Sequence record: MT701590.1
DNA from: Klebsiella phage Miami
Length of the DNA stretch: 64,000 nt
Reading direction: 5' to 3' (one strand)
The translations under genes were made by a program, and so were the position numbers. Every line of letters starts with the position of its first letter. The stretch's first letter is position 1. Of this stretch, positions 9,713 to 19,247 are shown in pieces. The notes beneath the pieces are model-generated. The model was not told the DNA's origin. It did no database searches and worked only from the letters and a program-made list of their open reading frames with translations.

Positions 9713-10035
9713 ACTACCATCTCTTCTTCGTCGTAGGATTGACGGTTTGTTTGATCGTTTTTAGTGTCTTTGACGATTACTACACGAAAAGAGCGATTGG
9801 ACTTAAAGGTTACGTTCCTTTCTGGGCCGTCGCAGTAATTCCAGGAAAATCCAAACTTAGTCTTAAACTGATTAAGTTTAAGATGGCGTGTTATGTTTTA
9901 GTTTGGATTGCGTGGCTGGTCATTCTATCATCTCCGTTACCTTTTCTTGTTGCGTTGATGATGACGATCTTGGGATTACTCAGTTGTATCATGTTAGGAT
10001 CGTTGCTTCACAACATCGCTCAATCTAAAAAATAA
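9709..10035 (+). CDS. small membrane protein (3 predicted TM helices)
   Basis: 108 aa, hydrophobic segments. ATGA overlap with the upstream gene suggests translational coupling. Confidence 0.55.
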   Translation: MNYHLFFVVGLTVCLIVFSVFDDYYTKRAIGLKGYVPFWAVAVIPGKSKLSLKLIKFKMACYVLVWIAWLVILSSPLPFLVALMMTILGLLSCIMLGSLLHNIAQSKK

Positions 10036-10040
10036 ATCTA

Positions 10041-10067
10041 AGTAGGAGAGGTTTCCCCTCTCCTACT
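10041..10067 (+). terminator. terminator-like hairpin agtaggagagg-tttcc-cctctcctact
   Basis: 11-bp perfect stem directly after the stop codon. Confidence 0.55.
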
Positions 10068-10086
10068 TAATAAAGGATGATCTTTT

Positions 10087-11010
10087 ATGCCTATCATTAT
10101 CGTTCCAGTTAGCGGTGGGGTGGAATCCACTGCTTTACTCCATAAAGCCTTACAAGGTGACAACGAAGTTCATCCCGTATACGTTGCCGTCAACGGCGAT
10201 CCCAGATCATCAGTATTTGATTTAACCGCAGCCGAACATATAGTGAATTGGTTTGAAGAACATAAAGGTGGTTACGTCGGGAGATTAAGACCCTTAACGT
10301 ATATGATCAATCCGGTTTTCTTTCATCTCCATAACAACAACAAAATAGAAAACACTCCGGCTAATTATGGAGTGACCCAACAATTTCAATTGGTTTACAA
10401 CATTAGTCTTCTTCGATCTAAATTTTGGGATTGTAATCCAGGTGTCTGGATTGGTTGGTTAAAGGAGGATGGCAATGAATTTTCTTTTAACGAATACGAT
10501 TTCTCGGCAGAGGAGTATAAGGAACTATTAAAATTACCCGTGACACTAGGGACGTTATCTAATATAGATAGAACGTGTAAGCCTTTTAGAGCCCCCTTCT
10601 GGGAAATGACTAAATCGGATGTTTATCTGAGCTTACCTGAAGAACTTAAAACTTTAGTCGTTCCTAACGGTTCCGAGTATTATAACGGAGACGGTGACTT
10701 GGTCAGAACACCTTGGAAAGCTAAAAGGAAAGAATGGATCAATGCGAACATACCTATTAAAGACAGTTATGTATTTTCAGCAGCTCAGATTTCCCGCATA
10801 GGGCGATACGCCGGAAAGAAACTCTTGGGGAAAGATTTCAATCTCTCTCCTAATTACGACGCTTTAATCGAATTAGTTTATCGAGACTCTCGATGGCACC
10901 CCCTCCCCTTTACCAATAAAGACTTCTACACCATTTGTAGTGCGAATAACTTAAAAGACATCGTCAGGGAAGCCCAACACAACATCCCTGCTATCAGACC
11001 AATCGGTTAG
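10087..11010 (+). CDS. PP-loop ATP pyrophosphatase superfamily protein (QueC/ExsB-like N-terminus, unknown specificity)
   Basis: 307 aa. SGGVEST PP-loop at residues 9-15 (MPIIIVPVSGGVESTALL). Lacks the C-terminal Cys cluster of QueC. Confidence 0.55.
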   Translation: MPIIIVPVSGGVESTALLHKALQGDNEVHPVYVAVNGDPRSSVFDLTAAEHIVNWFEEHKGGYVGRLRPLTYMINPVFFHLHNNNKIENTPANYGVTQQFQLVYNISLLRSKFWDCNPGVWIGWLKEDGNEFSFNEYDFSAEEYKELLKLPVTLGTLSNIDRTCKPFRAPFWEMTKSDVYLSLPEELKTLVVPNGSEYYNGDGDLVRTPWKAKRKEWINANIPIKDSYVFSAAQISRIGRYAGKKLLGKDFNLSPNYDALIELVYRDSRWHPLPFTNKDFYTICSANNLKDIVREAQHNIPAIRPIG

Positions 11011-11061
11011 TTGGATGGCTTTATCTATTTTCAGTTCTACATTATCTTTTCGGAGTAATCA

Positions 11062-11250
11062 ATGAAATGTAATCACGATTTTGAAAAACCAACTTACGAA
11101 TTCTTAAAGAAGGAGCTGGGTTTCTTTCACTGCTTTAAACGAACGTGTAAACTATGCGGTCATGTTCACCAACAAGAAGTGAAACGTAAATCAGATGCGC
11201 CTCTCTGGGCTAAAGAAGCGGAAGAGGTATTTCACTATCACAAATTTTAG
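11062..11250 (+). CDS. small Cys/His-rich (zinc-ribbon-like) protein
   Basis: 62 aa with C3, H5, C24, C29, C32, H34, H36. Confidence 0.45.
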   Translation: MKCNHDFEKPTYEFLKKELGFFHCFKRTCKLCGHVHQQEVKRKSDAPLWAKEAEEVFHYHKF

Positions 11251-11262
11251 GAGTCAATATCA

Positions 11263-11658
11263 ATGGGTATGATCGATTATGTTTACGTTGAGGGAGATAA
11301 TAAGGTCGGAATCCCTAAACTAATCGGCGGTGAGCACTATCAAACCACGGAAATGGATTGTCTTTCGGTTAAATACAAAATTAATGAAAATGGTGTATTT
11401 TCTGTCGTGGGAAAGGGTAATTGGGAAGGTGATTACGAACAAGATGTTTTGGGTGGGCGTTTAACCGAAACAATTGCGCTCGTAGGAGAAACGGAAGAAG
11501 GTAATAAAGAGCTTTTTCTTTATATCGAGAATAACGTTGTTAAATTCGTTTTCGAATACGGTAACATTCGGTATAGAGCCGAAGATATTAACCTTGACAG
11601 CATGTATCGAAAATTCACCGATGAATTCTTGGGTGAATTCGAATTCTTATTAGAGTGA
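11263..11658 (+). CDS. hypothetical protein (131 aa)
   Basis: Co-oriented ORF with a Shine-Dalgarno (SD) sequence. Confidence 0.5.
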   Translation: MGMIDYVYVEGDNKVGIPKLIGGEHYQTTEMDCLSVKYKINENGVFSVVGKGNWEGDYEQDVLGGRLTETIALVGETEEGNKELFLYIENNVVKFVFEYGNIRYRAEDINLDSMYRKFTDEFLGEFEFLLE

Positions 11659-11665
11659 GGATAAA

Positions 11666-12232
11666 ATGGCTTTCTCTATTTCTGGAAATGGTCTAAAGAC
11701 AAAGGGTTTAAGGACACCTAATTGCTCTTGGATTAAAAATGCAAATGATCGATTCTATTCAATCGATAATGGTTGGGAGCGGTATATGAAAGCCTCTACA
11801 GAAGAGATCATTAATGGGGTAAAACGCATTAACCTCAGTTCACCTGATTTTGGCATTAACGATATTTTGATTAGTTTAATCGTTAGATTCAATACCGATA
11901 TTCGTTTGAGCAAAATCTTCAAGAAGGTTAACAATAACGATGTTCCTTCTTTGTTTAATGACAGCGACTTCGTAAAGCATTACACTCAGCGACCTCATAT
12001 AGAAAACGGGTTATTGAAATATAACAGTTGGACAGTGGGGGCGGGCCGTCTGCCAAAAATCCAGTCTTTTGATTGGAGAGTGTATGGGTCTGAGGGATTT
12101 AATATCATAACCATCCCCAACCCAAAACCTAAACTAAAGATCCGGTTTACAAGAAGTAATAAGCCAGGGTACGTTAATTTTGTTGTTAAAGAACAACCGG
12201 AACTTAACGAATGGGAGAAAGTTTATGGGTAA
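11666..12232 (+). CDS. hypothetical protein (188 aa)
   Basis: Co-oriented ORF. Confidence 0.5.
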   Translation: MAFSISGNGLKTKGLRTPNCSWIKNANDRFYSIDNGWERYMKASTEEIINGVKRINLSSPDFGINDILISLIVRFNTDIRLSKIFKKVNNNDVPSLFNDSDFVKHYTQRPHIENGLLKYNSWTVGAGRLPKIQSFDWRVYGSEGFNIITIPNPKPKLKIRFTRSNKPGYVNFVVKEQPELNEWEKVYG

Positions 12233-12443
12233 AGCGGATCGAATTAAAGTTAAACGGGCCGCGAAGTCATTGGCCTCGATGAAAGACGAGATGGCACGGG
12301 CGTTAGACAGGTCGTTTTTAGCCGCAATCGAAGCGTTAAAATCGGTTACGGCCCCACCCCAACCGGCTTTGGTGAAAAAGTCGGAAGCAGAGGACCTGGA
12401 CGAAGGTACGATCGTTGAGGAACGCAGTAATGACAAAACGTAA
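12225..12443 (+). CDS. hypothetical protein (72 aa)
   Basis: Start moved to the ATG (MGKADRIKV) preceded by GGGAGAAAG. It overlaps the stop of the previous gene. Confidence 0.4.
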   Translation: MGKADRIKVKRAAKSLASMKDEMARALDRSFLAAIEALKSVTAPPQPALVKKSEAEDLDEGTIVEERSNDKT

Positions 12444-12735
12444 GTTACTCTCTGGTCAAGGCATGACACGATCTGAAAAGAAGATTTTCAGATATTTCGA
12501 GGGTCGTGTTTTAAGGGGTCGGCGTAAGTATATTAAAATTACTCGTGATGAGATTTTATCTCGGAAATATGACGGGTCTTTCATGCCCGAATCGGCATTC
12601 GTCAAGATGTTGGAAAAATCCTTCGGTCACGCCTTCGAAGGAAAAATAAACGAACGCTGGTCTGCGAGTTTAGCCAACTATTCTTCTCTCAACAAAAAGG
12701 TCGCTCTTCGCGGACATTTAAGAGATTCTGTTTAA
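12430..12735 (+). CDS. hypothetical basic protein (101 aa)
   Basis: Start at ATG (MTKRKLL) with a GAGGA SD sequence. The ORF-track start is a TTG. Confidence 0.45.
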   Translation: MTKRKLLSGQGMTRSEKKIFRYFEGRVLRGRRKYIKITRDEILSRKYDGSFMPESAFVKMLEKSFGHAFEGKINERWSASLANYSSLNKKVALRGHLRDSV

Positions 12736-12761
12736 ACCTAATTACCGACAGGAAATAAAAA

Positions 12762-13151
12762 ATGAGTAAACGAGGATTATCATCCAGCCCCTATAGGAGT
12801 AGACTCGAAAAGAAAAAGTTGGATAAGAGGAGAGCCGATCTTTTCACAGGACCTAAACTGAGGGGCCGTAAAGCTATTCAACAGAAAATCCGGATTGAAT
12901 CATATTTTAAAGACATTTGTTGGAATCCCGACGGATACTTATTAAGTCAAAATCACACTCGTAAATTTAGACAAATGCTCTCCGCCACCCCAATTCTTAG
13001 TGCTTCAGCGGAAGCGCTTAATGGTTCCGCTAACCGACAAGAGAGTATCTACGAAACATTCTCTTTTTATACCCACAAAAATATTGACCTTAGAGATTAT
13101 CGCAAGGCTCATGGTCGTCCTTTAACTACTAACGGATTCCAACATGGCTAA
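12762..13151 (+). CDS. hypothetical highly basic protein (129 aa)
   Basis: Lys/Arg-rich N-terminus. Possible nucleic-acid-binding protein. Confidence 0.5.
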   Translation: MSKRGLSSSPYRSRLEKKKLDKRRADLFTGPKLRGRKAIQQKIRIESYFKDICWNPDGYLLSQNHTRKFRQMLSATPILSASAEALNGSANRQESIYETFSFYTHKNIDLRDYRKAHGRPLTTNGFQHG

Positions 13152-13692
13152 AAGTATCTGGAAACCGGGCGTTAAGATCACCCGTAAAGAAAAGAAAGCG
13201 CTTCGTCGTTTAATGCCGCATCCTAATAAGGGTCGTAAGCACTACCAGTGGCGGGTAGAAAACTTACGCATTAGTCACATCATGAAAAACGTATTGAATG
13301 ATGACGGTACGCTGAATATCGTTCAGGTTGCTAAACACTCGGTTCGCGTTTCGGCTAAACTCACGATGAAGAGAGAATTCGCGATATCGCGTGTCCAGGG
13401 TAAAGTAAAGGGTCCGATCTTTACAGAAGTCGATAACATCGGTCAAAATCAAGGGGAGGTCACCGAGAGACTGAGAACCGGATACCAATTCACCGTGACC
13501 TCCCCAGAGTTAGCGAAAACGATTAGGGAACTCCCCGCTGATATCGATCCGGTCCAATTCAAAGAAACCTGTGATAAGGTTATCGAACAATATCTCAGTG
13601 ATAACATTAAGAACGGAACCACCAATCCAGAAATAAAAGGAGTGCATCTTTGTGGCAAAGCCAGTAACATACCGCCAGTTCCTAAAGAATAA
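13144..13692 (+). CDS. hypothetical basic protein (182 aa)
   Basis: Co-oriented ORF. Basic N-terminus. Confidence 0.5.
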   Translation: MAKSIWKPGVKITRKEKKALRRLMPHPNKGRKHYQWRVENLRISHIMKNVLNDDGTLNIVQVAKHSVRVSAKLTMKREFAISRVQGKVKGPIFTEVDNIGQNQGEVTERLRTGYQFTVTSPELAKTIRELPADIDPVQFKETCDKVIEQYLSDNIKNGTTNPEIKGVHLCGKASNIPPVPKE

Positions 13693-13906
13693 CGGCATCC
13701 CTAAAGATAAGAAGGAACCCCTTATCCCACCCACAGCGACATTGCTGCCTAAACCGGAAGTTCCTAAAGGATTGGATTCTAGTCTTCGCGGTACAGATGG
13801 AATCGGGATTGATACGTTTGGGGACGTGGATGGTCGTTCAGGGAGGATTCAAATCATTAATGCTAAGAAAGCCCACGGAGAATGGTTTACTTGGCCTAAC
13901 AAATGA
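13652..13906 (+). CDS. hypothetical protein (84 aa)
   Basis: Overlaps the previous gene by 41 nt. Confidence 0.4.
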   Translation: MAKPVTYRQFLKNNGIPKDKKEPLIPPTATLLPKPEVPKGLDSSLRGTDGIGIDTFGDVDGRSGRIQIINAKKAHGEWFTWPNK

Positions 13907-14811
13907 GGTCCGCAAAGGTGGCAGTTAAAACAATCCCGCTTCACTCCCTCACAGTCTCTGAATTGAAAATAGATTTGGGTAAAACCACTAAAGACCGACC
14001 CGTTATCTTCCATCTCCTGATAATGGTGGCGGCTAACATCAGGTTTCCTTATTTAAGGACGGAACTCACCTACGGGGATAAAATAAAACACAGCTCTAAT
14101 TTCTCCATCCATATAGACGCTTTAAAGGAGATCGTAGCGGGAAAACAAAATGTGTTTAACTTTTTCATCAGTCACTTAAAAGAGACTCTTAATAAAGAAA
14201 CTGAATCGGCTTACTTTAGGGGCTTAAAAGAAGGTTGTGATAAGATAAAAATTCTTGGGAACAAGCTTGATCTTTTTGAAGAAGAGCCGGTGTGCTTCAA
14301 TCAAGTTTTCATTGAGCACGTTAATCGTATTTTTATGAAAAAAGAAGCGTCCGTGCGGCGTAGAATGCTATTCCACAAGGAACCTTTTAGATTAGTAGAA
14401 AGTTTCTCTTTCCCGCTAGAAACCAACGGACCGACTTTGTCCTTTTACATGGTTACGTCAGGAGAGAGGCAGCTGCCTTGGGTCCTTTGTATTATTGAGT
14501 TAGATTATCTGGTTAATAAAGAGTTTGACATTTATCTGACAAACGAAGATTTTCAGCTCATCATTAACAAAACGGTAAGCGCCGAAGAACTTTGTATTGG
14601 GAAAGCCATATTAGTAGCCAAAGGGATTTTTGGTGAGGAGTCATCTATTACGGGAAGGCTGAAAACACTATACGAGGCTTTCTTCCAGGTAGGGGTCGGG
14701 TCTGAAACATTAATCAGTTCTGGGTTTTATCAGGCAACGGTAAAAACATATTTGGATTGTGAAAATATCCAGAAAGCGCAGTTTAGTCAAAATTCAGAGA
14801 TGAAGAAATAA
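13903..14811 (+). CDS. hypothetical protein (302 aa)
   Basis: ATGA overlap with the upstream gene. Confidence 0.55.
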   Translation: MRSAKVAVKTIPLHSLTVSELKIDLGKTTKDRPVIFHLLIMVAANIRFPYLRTELTYGDKIKHSSNFSIHIDALKEIVAGKQNVFNFFISHLKETLNKETESAYFRGLKEGCDKIKILGNKLDLFEEEPVCFNQVFIEHVNRIFMKKEASVRRRMLFHKEPFRLVESFSFPLETNGPTLSFYMVTSGERQLPWVLCIIELDYLVNKEFDIYLTNEDFQLIINKTVSAEELCIGKAILVAKGIFGEESSITGRLKTLYEAFFQVGVGSETLISSGFYQATVKTYLDCENIQKAQFSQNSEMKK

Positions 14812-15110
14812 TGGAAACGTTAAAACTAGCACATAAATCTGGGAAGATGGATGTCTACACTTTTTCTTTTGGGACTAAATCCTTCTCGATTAGAACCACA
14901 CAACCTTTAACGAGGATGAATAGACTAAATAAATTAATCGAATATTTGAGTTCGTCTAATTCAGCAGTTAAAATTTCTCCCAAGGATGTTTGCGATCTTT
15001 ATAAACTTCGCGTAATGACAGATGATGGGAAGAACATTAGATTACTATTAACCATTAAAACTATGGTTGAGAAACTCATAGTCAAATTAGAGAAGGATAA
15101 CCAAAAATGA
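14811..15110 (+). CDS. hypothetical protein (99 aa)
   Basis: Overlapping start and stop with neighbours. Confidence 0.5.
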   Translation: METLKLAHKSGKMDVYTFSFGTKSFSIRTTQPLTRMNRLNKLIEYLSSSNSAVKISPKDVCDLYKLRVMTDDGKNIRLLLTIKTMVEKLIVKLEKDNQK

Positions 15111-15628
15111 TCATTAGTCTTATTATCGCATTGGACGAAAATAACGTTATTGGTCAAGATGATCATATTCCTTGGAATGAACCAGAGGATATGATGTGGT
15201 TTGTTAATAAAACCCGTCATAAAGCCATCGTAATGGGTCGTAAGACGTTTGATGGATTATCTAACCCATTACCAGATCGTTTGAATATCGTGCTCTCTAA
15301 GGACGGTAAAGATCGCCCTGGAGCCATTACGGCTAAAACACCATGGGATGTTCAGAAAGCGGCTATCGACTCAGGTTATAACGAATTGGTTATTTGTGGC
15401 GGCCCTGGGTTATACGACTACGCGCTGAATAACAATATTGTCGATAAGATTTACCTTACACGGGTTTTGAAAGAACACGAAGGTAACGTTAAATACGAAC
15501 ATCCTCTTTTGGAAGAACTCTTAGGCAGTGATAAAGTTGGTAATCTGTATGCCGATAAGTGGGTTCTGGATCAATTCGTCTCAGCACCGGGTTTGGTGTT
15601 CCGGACCTTAACCAAAGTAAGGAAATAA
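15107..15628 (+). CDS. folA: dihydrofolate reductase
   Basis: MIISLIIALDENNVIGQDDHIPWNEPEDMMWFVNKTRHKAIVMGRKTFDGL matches the DHFR N-terminal fold motifs. Confidence 0.85.
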   Translation: MIISLIIALDENNVIGQDDHIPWNEPEDMMWFVNKTRHKAIVMGRKTFDGLSNPLPDRLNIVLSKDGKDRPGAITAKTPWDVQKAAIDSGYNELVICGGPGLYDYALNNNIVDKIYLTRVLKEHEGNVKYEHPLLEELLGSDKVGNLYADKWVLDQFVSAPGLVFRTLTKVRK

Positions 15629-15629
15629 A

Positions 15630-16091
15630 ATGGGGCTGGTCATCAGAATAGGTAATGCGCGAATAAGACCTCAAGATCCGATGTTCCCGCATTACGAAAT
15701 GGATGTCGAGACGGAGGTTCTGGCAAGAGACGACAGTGCTCCGTTCACAGTTGGGATATGGTCGAGTAATGAGATTGAACCACGTTACTGCGATTGGATA
15801 TCCTTTTGTGGAGAGGTTGGTATATTCGAAGCATTTTTTTACATAGACCGTAATGGAGATCCTTGTGCTTACGGAGATCCGGGCGCCGTTTTCCTTTCTA
15901 ATGATATTTTGGATAGTTTTAAAGAAGCGTTAGAAACTTATCAAGCCAAATATCCCGATGTGGAAATAAAGGACGAACTGACGACCGATACAGTTAAAAC
16001 ATATCTTCATTATTTGAATTGGTTGATTTATTGGTCTGAAAGGGCTTTAAAAAACGAAGACATTCCGGCCATTGGGATTGGGGTTGAATAG
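15630..16091 (+). CDS. hypothetical protein (153 aa)
   Basis: Co-oriented ORF. Confidence 0.5.
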   Translation: MGLVIRIGNARIRPQDPMFPHYEMDVETEVLARDDSAPFTVGIWSSNEIEPRYCDWISFCGEVGIFEAFFYIDRNGDPCAYGDPGAVFLSNDILDSFKEALETYQAKYPDVEIKDELTTDTVKTYLHYLNWLIYWSERALKNEDIPAIGIGVE

Positions 16092-16100
16092 GGGTAAGAT

Positions 16101-16661
16101 ATGAAACAGAAATTTCATCAAGGCGATTTAGTTTTTATAAAAGAAGACCTCGGCCCATACATGTCCCATTTCGAAAGTGGGTGTCTGGCCATCGTTCAAT
16201 ACAGTTACAATGATCGTTACGGCGACAAAGATAAATCAAAAGAGTTTAAAAATGAGTCTGGCATCAGCTATTCTCTTTGGTTGGAAGGGAGGGGAAGTGT
16301 TGCTTGGTATCATCAGAACCAACTCATTCTCATTGAAGCGGGGAGAGGTGATCTCTTAGAACGGTGGGAAAAGGAAGAGGAAGAGAAAAAGGTTAGGGAA
16401 TCCGATCTGGATTATATCTTTTCCATTAAAGATCCAAATCAACTAGGCTATTACAGTCTGCAGGCCTTGGCTGACGTTATGGAACTGGGCTCGCTTTGGG
16501 GTTCAAGAGGAGAGGGCGTGGATTTGGTCCGTAATCAACACTGCATGCGTATTCTCTTTAGCCGATTCGTATCGTGTGAAAACCCAAAAGAAGAATTCCT
16601 GAAAGCCGTAGCCGAGTTTAAAGAGAAAGTTCGGTCTGACAAAATCGACACACAGATTTAA
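16101..16661 (+). CDS. hypothetical protein (186 aa)
   Basis: Co-oriented ORF. Confidence 0.5.
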   Translation: MKQKFHQGDLVFIKEDLGPYMSHFESGCLAIVQYSYNDRYGDKDKSKEFKNESGISYSLWLEGRGSVAWYHQNQLILIEAGRGDLLERWEKEEEEKKVRESDLDYIFSIKDPNQLGYYSLQALADVMELGSLWGSRGEGVDLVRNQHCMRILFSRFVSCENPKEEFLKAVAEFKEKVRSDKIDTQI

Positions 16662-16716
16662 TCAGGTCTTTAATATCTCTTCGTAAATCCAATTACTAAT
16701 TTTAGGAAAAAATATC

Positions 16717-17151
16717 ATGAGTGACGAAATCGAAAAACCAGATTGCTTTTATATTGCTGAAGGTCATCTGTCAGGATGCAGTTCTACGTCTTTCGACAAA
16801 GAAGGGTTCTTAAGTAATACCGAGGTCGATGAAACGCTGATTGAAAGTCTGGTCGGCGGGTATCTCGAAATAGAAGATCACGAAGATGGGCTTAGTTATT
16901 TTGAGGCGTTGGTGACCGTCTCGGAAGAACGGATTGGATGTGGATTTAAAACCCATACGGTAAAACGTCACACGCTCCATATCGAAGCCGTCAATGACGA
17001 ATCAGACACCCTGAAATTCACCATCGACAACGTTGATACGAAAGACTTCGACGCGCTAATCGAACGTTACAACGGTGTGATCTCCGCCTTTGATGAGAAT
17101 CGTCAACACTCTCTGTACTCGGCCTTTGCAACTGCTTTACAATACTGCTAA
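16717..17151 (+). CDS. hypothetical acidic protein (144 aa)
   Basis: Asp/Glu-rich. Preceded by the conserved leader motif. Confidence 0.5.
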   Translation: MSDEIEKPDCFYIAEGHLSGCSSTSFDKEGFLSNTEVDETLIESLVGGYLEIEDHEDGLSYFEALVTVSEERIGCGFKTHTVKRHTLHIEAVNDESDTLKFTIDNVDTKDFDALIERYNGVISAFDENRQHSLYSAFATALQYC

Positions 17152-17161
17152 TTAACATCAC

Positions 17162-17181
17162 TTTTAGGAATAAATATCATG
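17162..17181 (+). promoter_or_regulatory. conserved translation-initiation motif instance (ttttaggaataaatatcATG)
   Basis: One of at least 24 near-identical leaders TTTAGGAA-WW-AACATC-ATG. Confidence 0.6.
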
Positions 17182-17682
17182 TCTGACATCAAACGTATCG
17201 CTGACCTTATGTACCAATCGGTTATTCAAAGAAACCCGGATATTCTGAAAGCCGGTCTTATCGTGCTGGCCACCGACCAAAAAGTAATGGTAAAATCATC
17301 GGTTTATTTTATCCCCAGACCGATCACCGCCGGGAAGGACGAAGTAGAAGGAGAAGTTGAAGAAGCGGCTAAGGAATTCGATTTCCACGTCTATCATCTC
17401 GATAAGGTTAAGGTTATTTTGGATGAAGGGCTTAAAATAAGAGCCGTGATCATCAGTGGCGGGAGTGATAATTTCCCTGGTTTCCAACAACAGCATCTCG
17501 GATATGGCCGGTTCCCTCAAATGGGGGAAATCCACCCTACTGACGTGTTCGAGGTTATTGGGTTTTCTGACGCCGGAATGTATCCAGGAAACGTTTTCGG
17601 TTTATACGATGCGCTTTGTAAAATTTACGATGGTAAGGCGGTTCCCGGGGGACGCCGGGCTGACCGACCAGTTCCTTTCTGA
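17179..17682 (+). CDS. hypothetical protein (167 aa)
   Basis: Conserved leader motif. Confidence 0.5.
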   Translation: MSDIKRIADLMYQSVIQRNPDILKAGLIVLATDQKVMVKSSVYFIPRPITAGKDEVEGEVEEAAKEFDFHVYHLDKVKVILDEGLKIRAVIISGGSDNFPGFQQQHLGYGRFPQMGEIHPTDVFEVIGFSDAGMYPGNVFGLYDALCKIYDGKAVPGGRRADRPVPF

Positions 17683-17725
17683 TTGAACGAGAACATCGTG
17701 AAAACTACAATTATTAGGAATAAAA

Positions 17726-18091
17726 ATGATAGTAAGACTCGTAGTTAACCAACATTGTCGTCTAGGTTGGTGGTTTGAAAGAGAATATTTCTCCCACCTT
17801 AATCGTGATCTGAGAGACCTCGCCCCTAAGAATAGTGAGAAGTATTATTCTGGCGGGGAACATGGTGTTAACCTACTCACGGATGAAGGTGATGAGATCA
17901 GGGCGTGGTTAGAACTCGTCAAAGAAACTTATCCGGTTATTGAAGAAGAGATCGGTTTACTTCTTAAAGAAATCGGAAACAGTAAAGGTGGTTTTTACGA
18001 CATGCGTAAAATACTGCAGGATCGTAAACCCTCTTTACTTTGGCGGTGGTCTCCATTGAACAAGGACTTCTTACCCCCTTCTGTATTTTGA
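17726..18091 (+). CDS. hypothetical protein (121 aa), paralog of 21716..22108
   Basis: Shares RDLRDLAP / WLELVKETYPVIEEEIGLLLKEI with the 21716 ORF (KDLKDLAP / WLGLVADEFPEVGEEVELIVRAI). Confidence 0.5.
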   Translation: MIVRLVVNQHCRLGWWFEREYFSHLNRDLRDLAPKNSEKYYSGGEHGVNLLTDEGDEIRAWLELVKETYPVIEEEIGLLLKEIGNSKGGFYDMRKILQDRKPSLLWRWSPLNKDFLPPSVF

Positions 18092-18176
18092 TCTGCAGTA
18101 ATACCCAGACAAGGATGTCGTCAACACAGCTTAGTGCTGTTTCGAGTCAACTAATTAAACTCAACGAGGAATAAAC

Positions 18177-19052
18177 ATGTTAAGAAATATTCACGAATGC
18201 ATCCGCGCTATCGATATTCATTCTGGTGTAGTGATGTCACTCAGACTCAACGCAGATGATCGAGTAGAACGTCTCACTGCGTCGATCATGATCTCAGATA
18301 GATACGATAACCGGTTCTTAATATTACCGGATGAAATTAGAACATTCACACAAACCATCCGTGAGTTTGTGCACGGAATTATACCAGGATTTAATCCTAA
18401 CGCACCTAAACTTCAATATGTCGTAGTAGAAAACCTGAAAGAAAAACGGGTCAACATTTCTTTTAAAGGAACGACGATAAAAGTGGGCGGGGATAGAGAC
18501 CCAAGAATCAATCTTACTGAGATTCTTGAAACAATATCACTCTGGCACCCTTTCATTCTCCAGTGGGAATCCACCGGGATAATAGATCACTCTGCCCTTG
18601 ATCTGCTAAACAGAATGCTGTTGCTTCATCGAGACTCCGGCAACTTCCTTAAAGTTCTAACTCGGCAAGGAAATATGTCCAATCCGTTGACGACCATTAC
18701 TGTAAGAGATGGTCGAGGATCTCGCAAGGAGCTGGTGATTTCTAACAGAACCCAATTCTCGATGATTATTTCTGGTACTGCCGGTAAAGACATCTTGGAG
18801 TTGATTATCGAAACGCTCCAATCTAAACCAATGTTAGGTAATCGGAAAGGTCACATCAAAGAGCTGGCAGGGAAGTACGTTTTTGTCTGCTCCTTGATAA
18901 AAGCCCCTCGTAAAGAAAACTTTGATCGACGCCAGCTCACGATTATGAGTGAAGCCGGGCCCTATCCTCAAGCGATCCGTTTAAATTTTGAAACAGAAGA
19001 AGAAAGAAATGAAATTCTTTCTGGGTTAGAACACGCCTTAACAATCGTTTAA
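18177..19052 (+). CDS. hypothetical protein (291 aa)
   Basis: Co-oriented ORF. Confidence 0.5.
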   Translation: MLRNIHECIRAIDIHSGVVMSLRLNADDRVERLTASIMISDRYDNRFLILPDEIRTFTQTIREFVHGIIPGFNPNAPKLQYVVVENLKEKRVNISFKGTTIKVGGDRDPRINLTEILETISLWHPFILQWESTGIIDHSALDLLNRMLLLHRDSGNFLKVLTRQGNMSNPLTTITVRDGRGSRKELVISNRTQFSMIISGTAGKDILELIIETLQSKPMLGNRKGHIKELAGKYVFVCSLIKAPRKENFDRRQLTIMSEAGPYPQAIRLNFETEEERNEILSGLEHALTIV

Positions 19053-19054
19053 CC

Positions 19055-19089
19055 TATACTCCTACTCCCGATAAGGGAGTAGGAGTATA
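19055..19089 (+). terminator. terminator hairpin, copy 2 of the repeated 29-nt element
   Basis: tatactcctactccc-gataa-gggagtaggagtata. The core is identical to the copies at 5256 and 40476. Confidence 0.7.
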
Positions 19090-19185
19090 AACCTTATTAT
19101 TTTTTACTTGTATTTATTTATAGATCTTTATTATCAAAGCGTAAACTAAAACAACTGTTGACCTTATATGGTTGTTTTTTCCTAA

Positions 19186-19215
19186 CCGAGGAAATGGAAG
19201 TCCTCGGTCTTTTTT
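19186..19215 (+). terminator. rho-independent terminator ccgagga-aatggaag-tcctcgg plus TCTTTTTT
   Basis: Stem-loop with a U-tract. It is the second of two tandem terminators before gene 19248. Confidence 0.65.
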
Positions 19216-19247
19216 AATACGGAATGCAAATTTAGGAAACCCACATC

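Noticed and set aside
12180-12443. ORF-track start at 12180 for the 87-aa ORF
   Set aside because: Start lies inside the upstream gene. A downstream ATG (12225) with a good SD sequence is more plausible.
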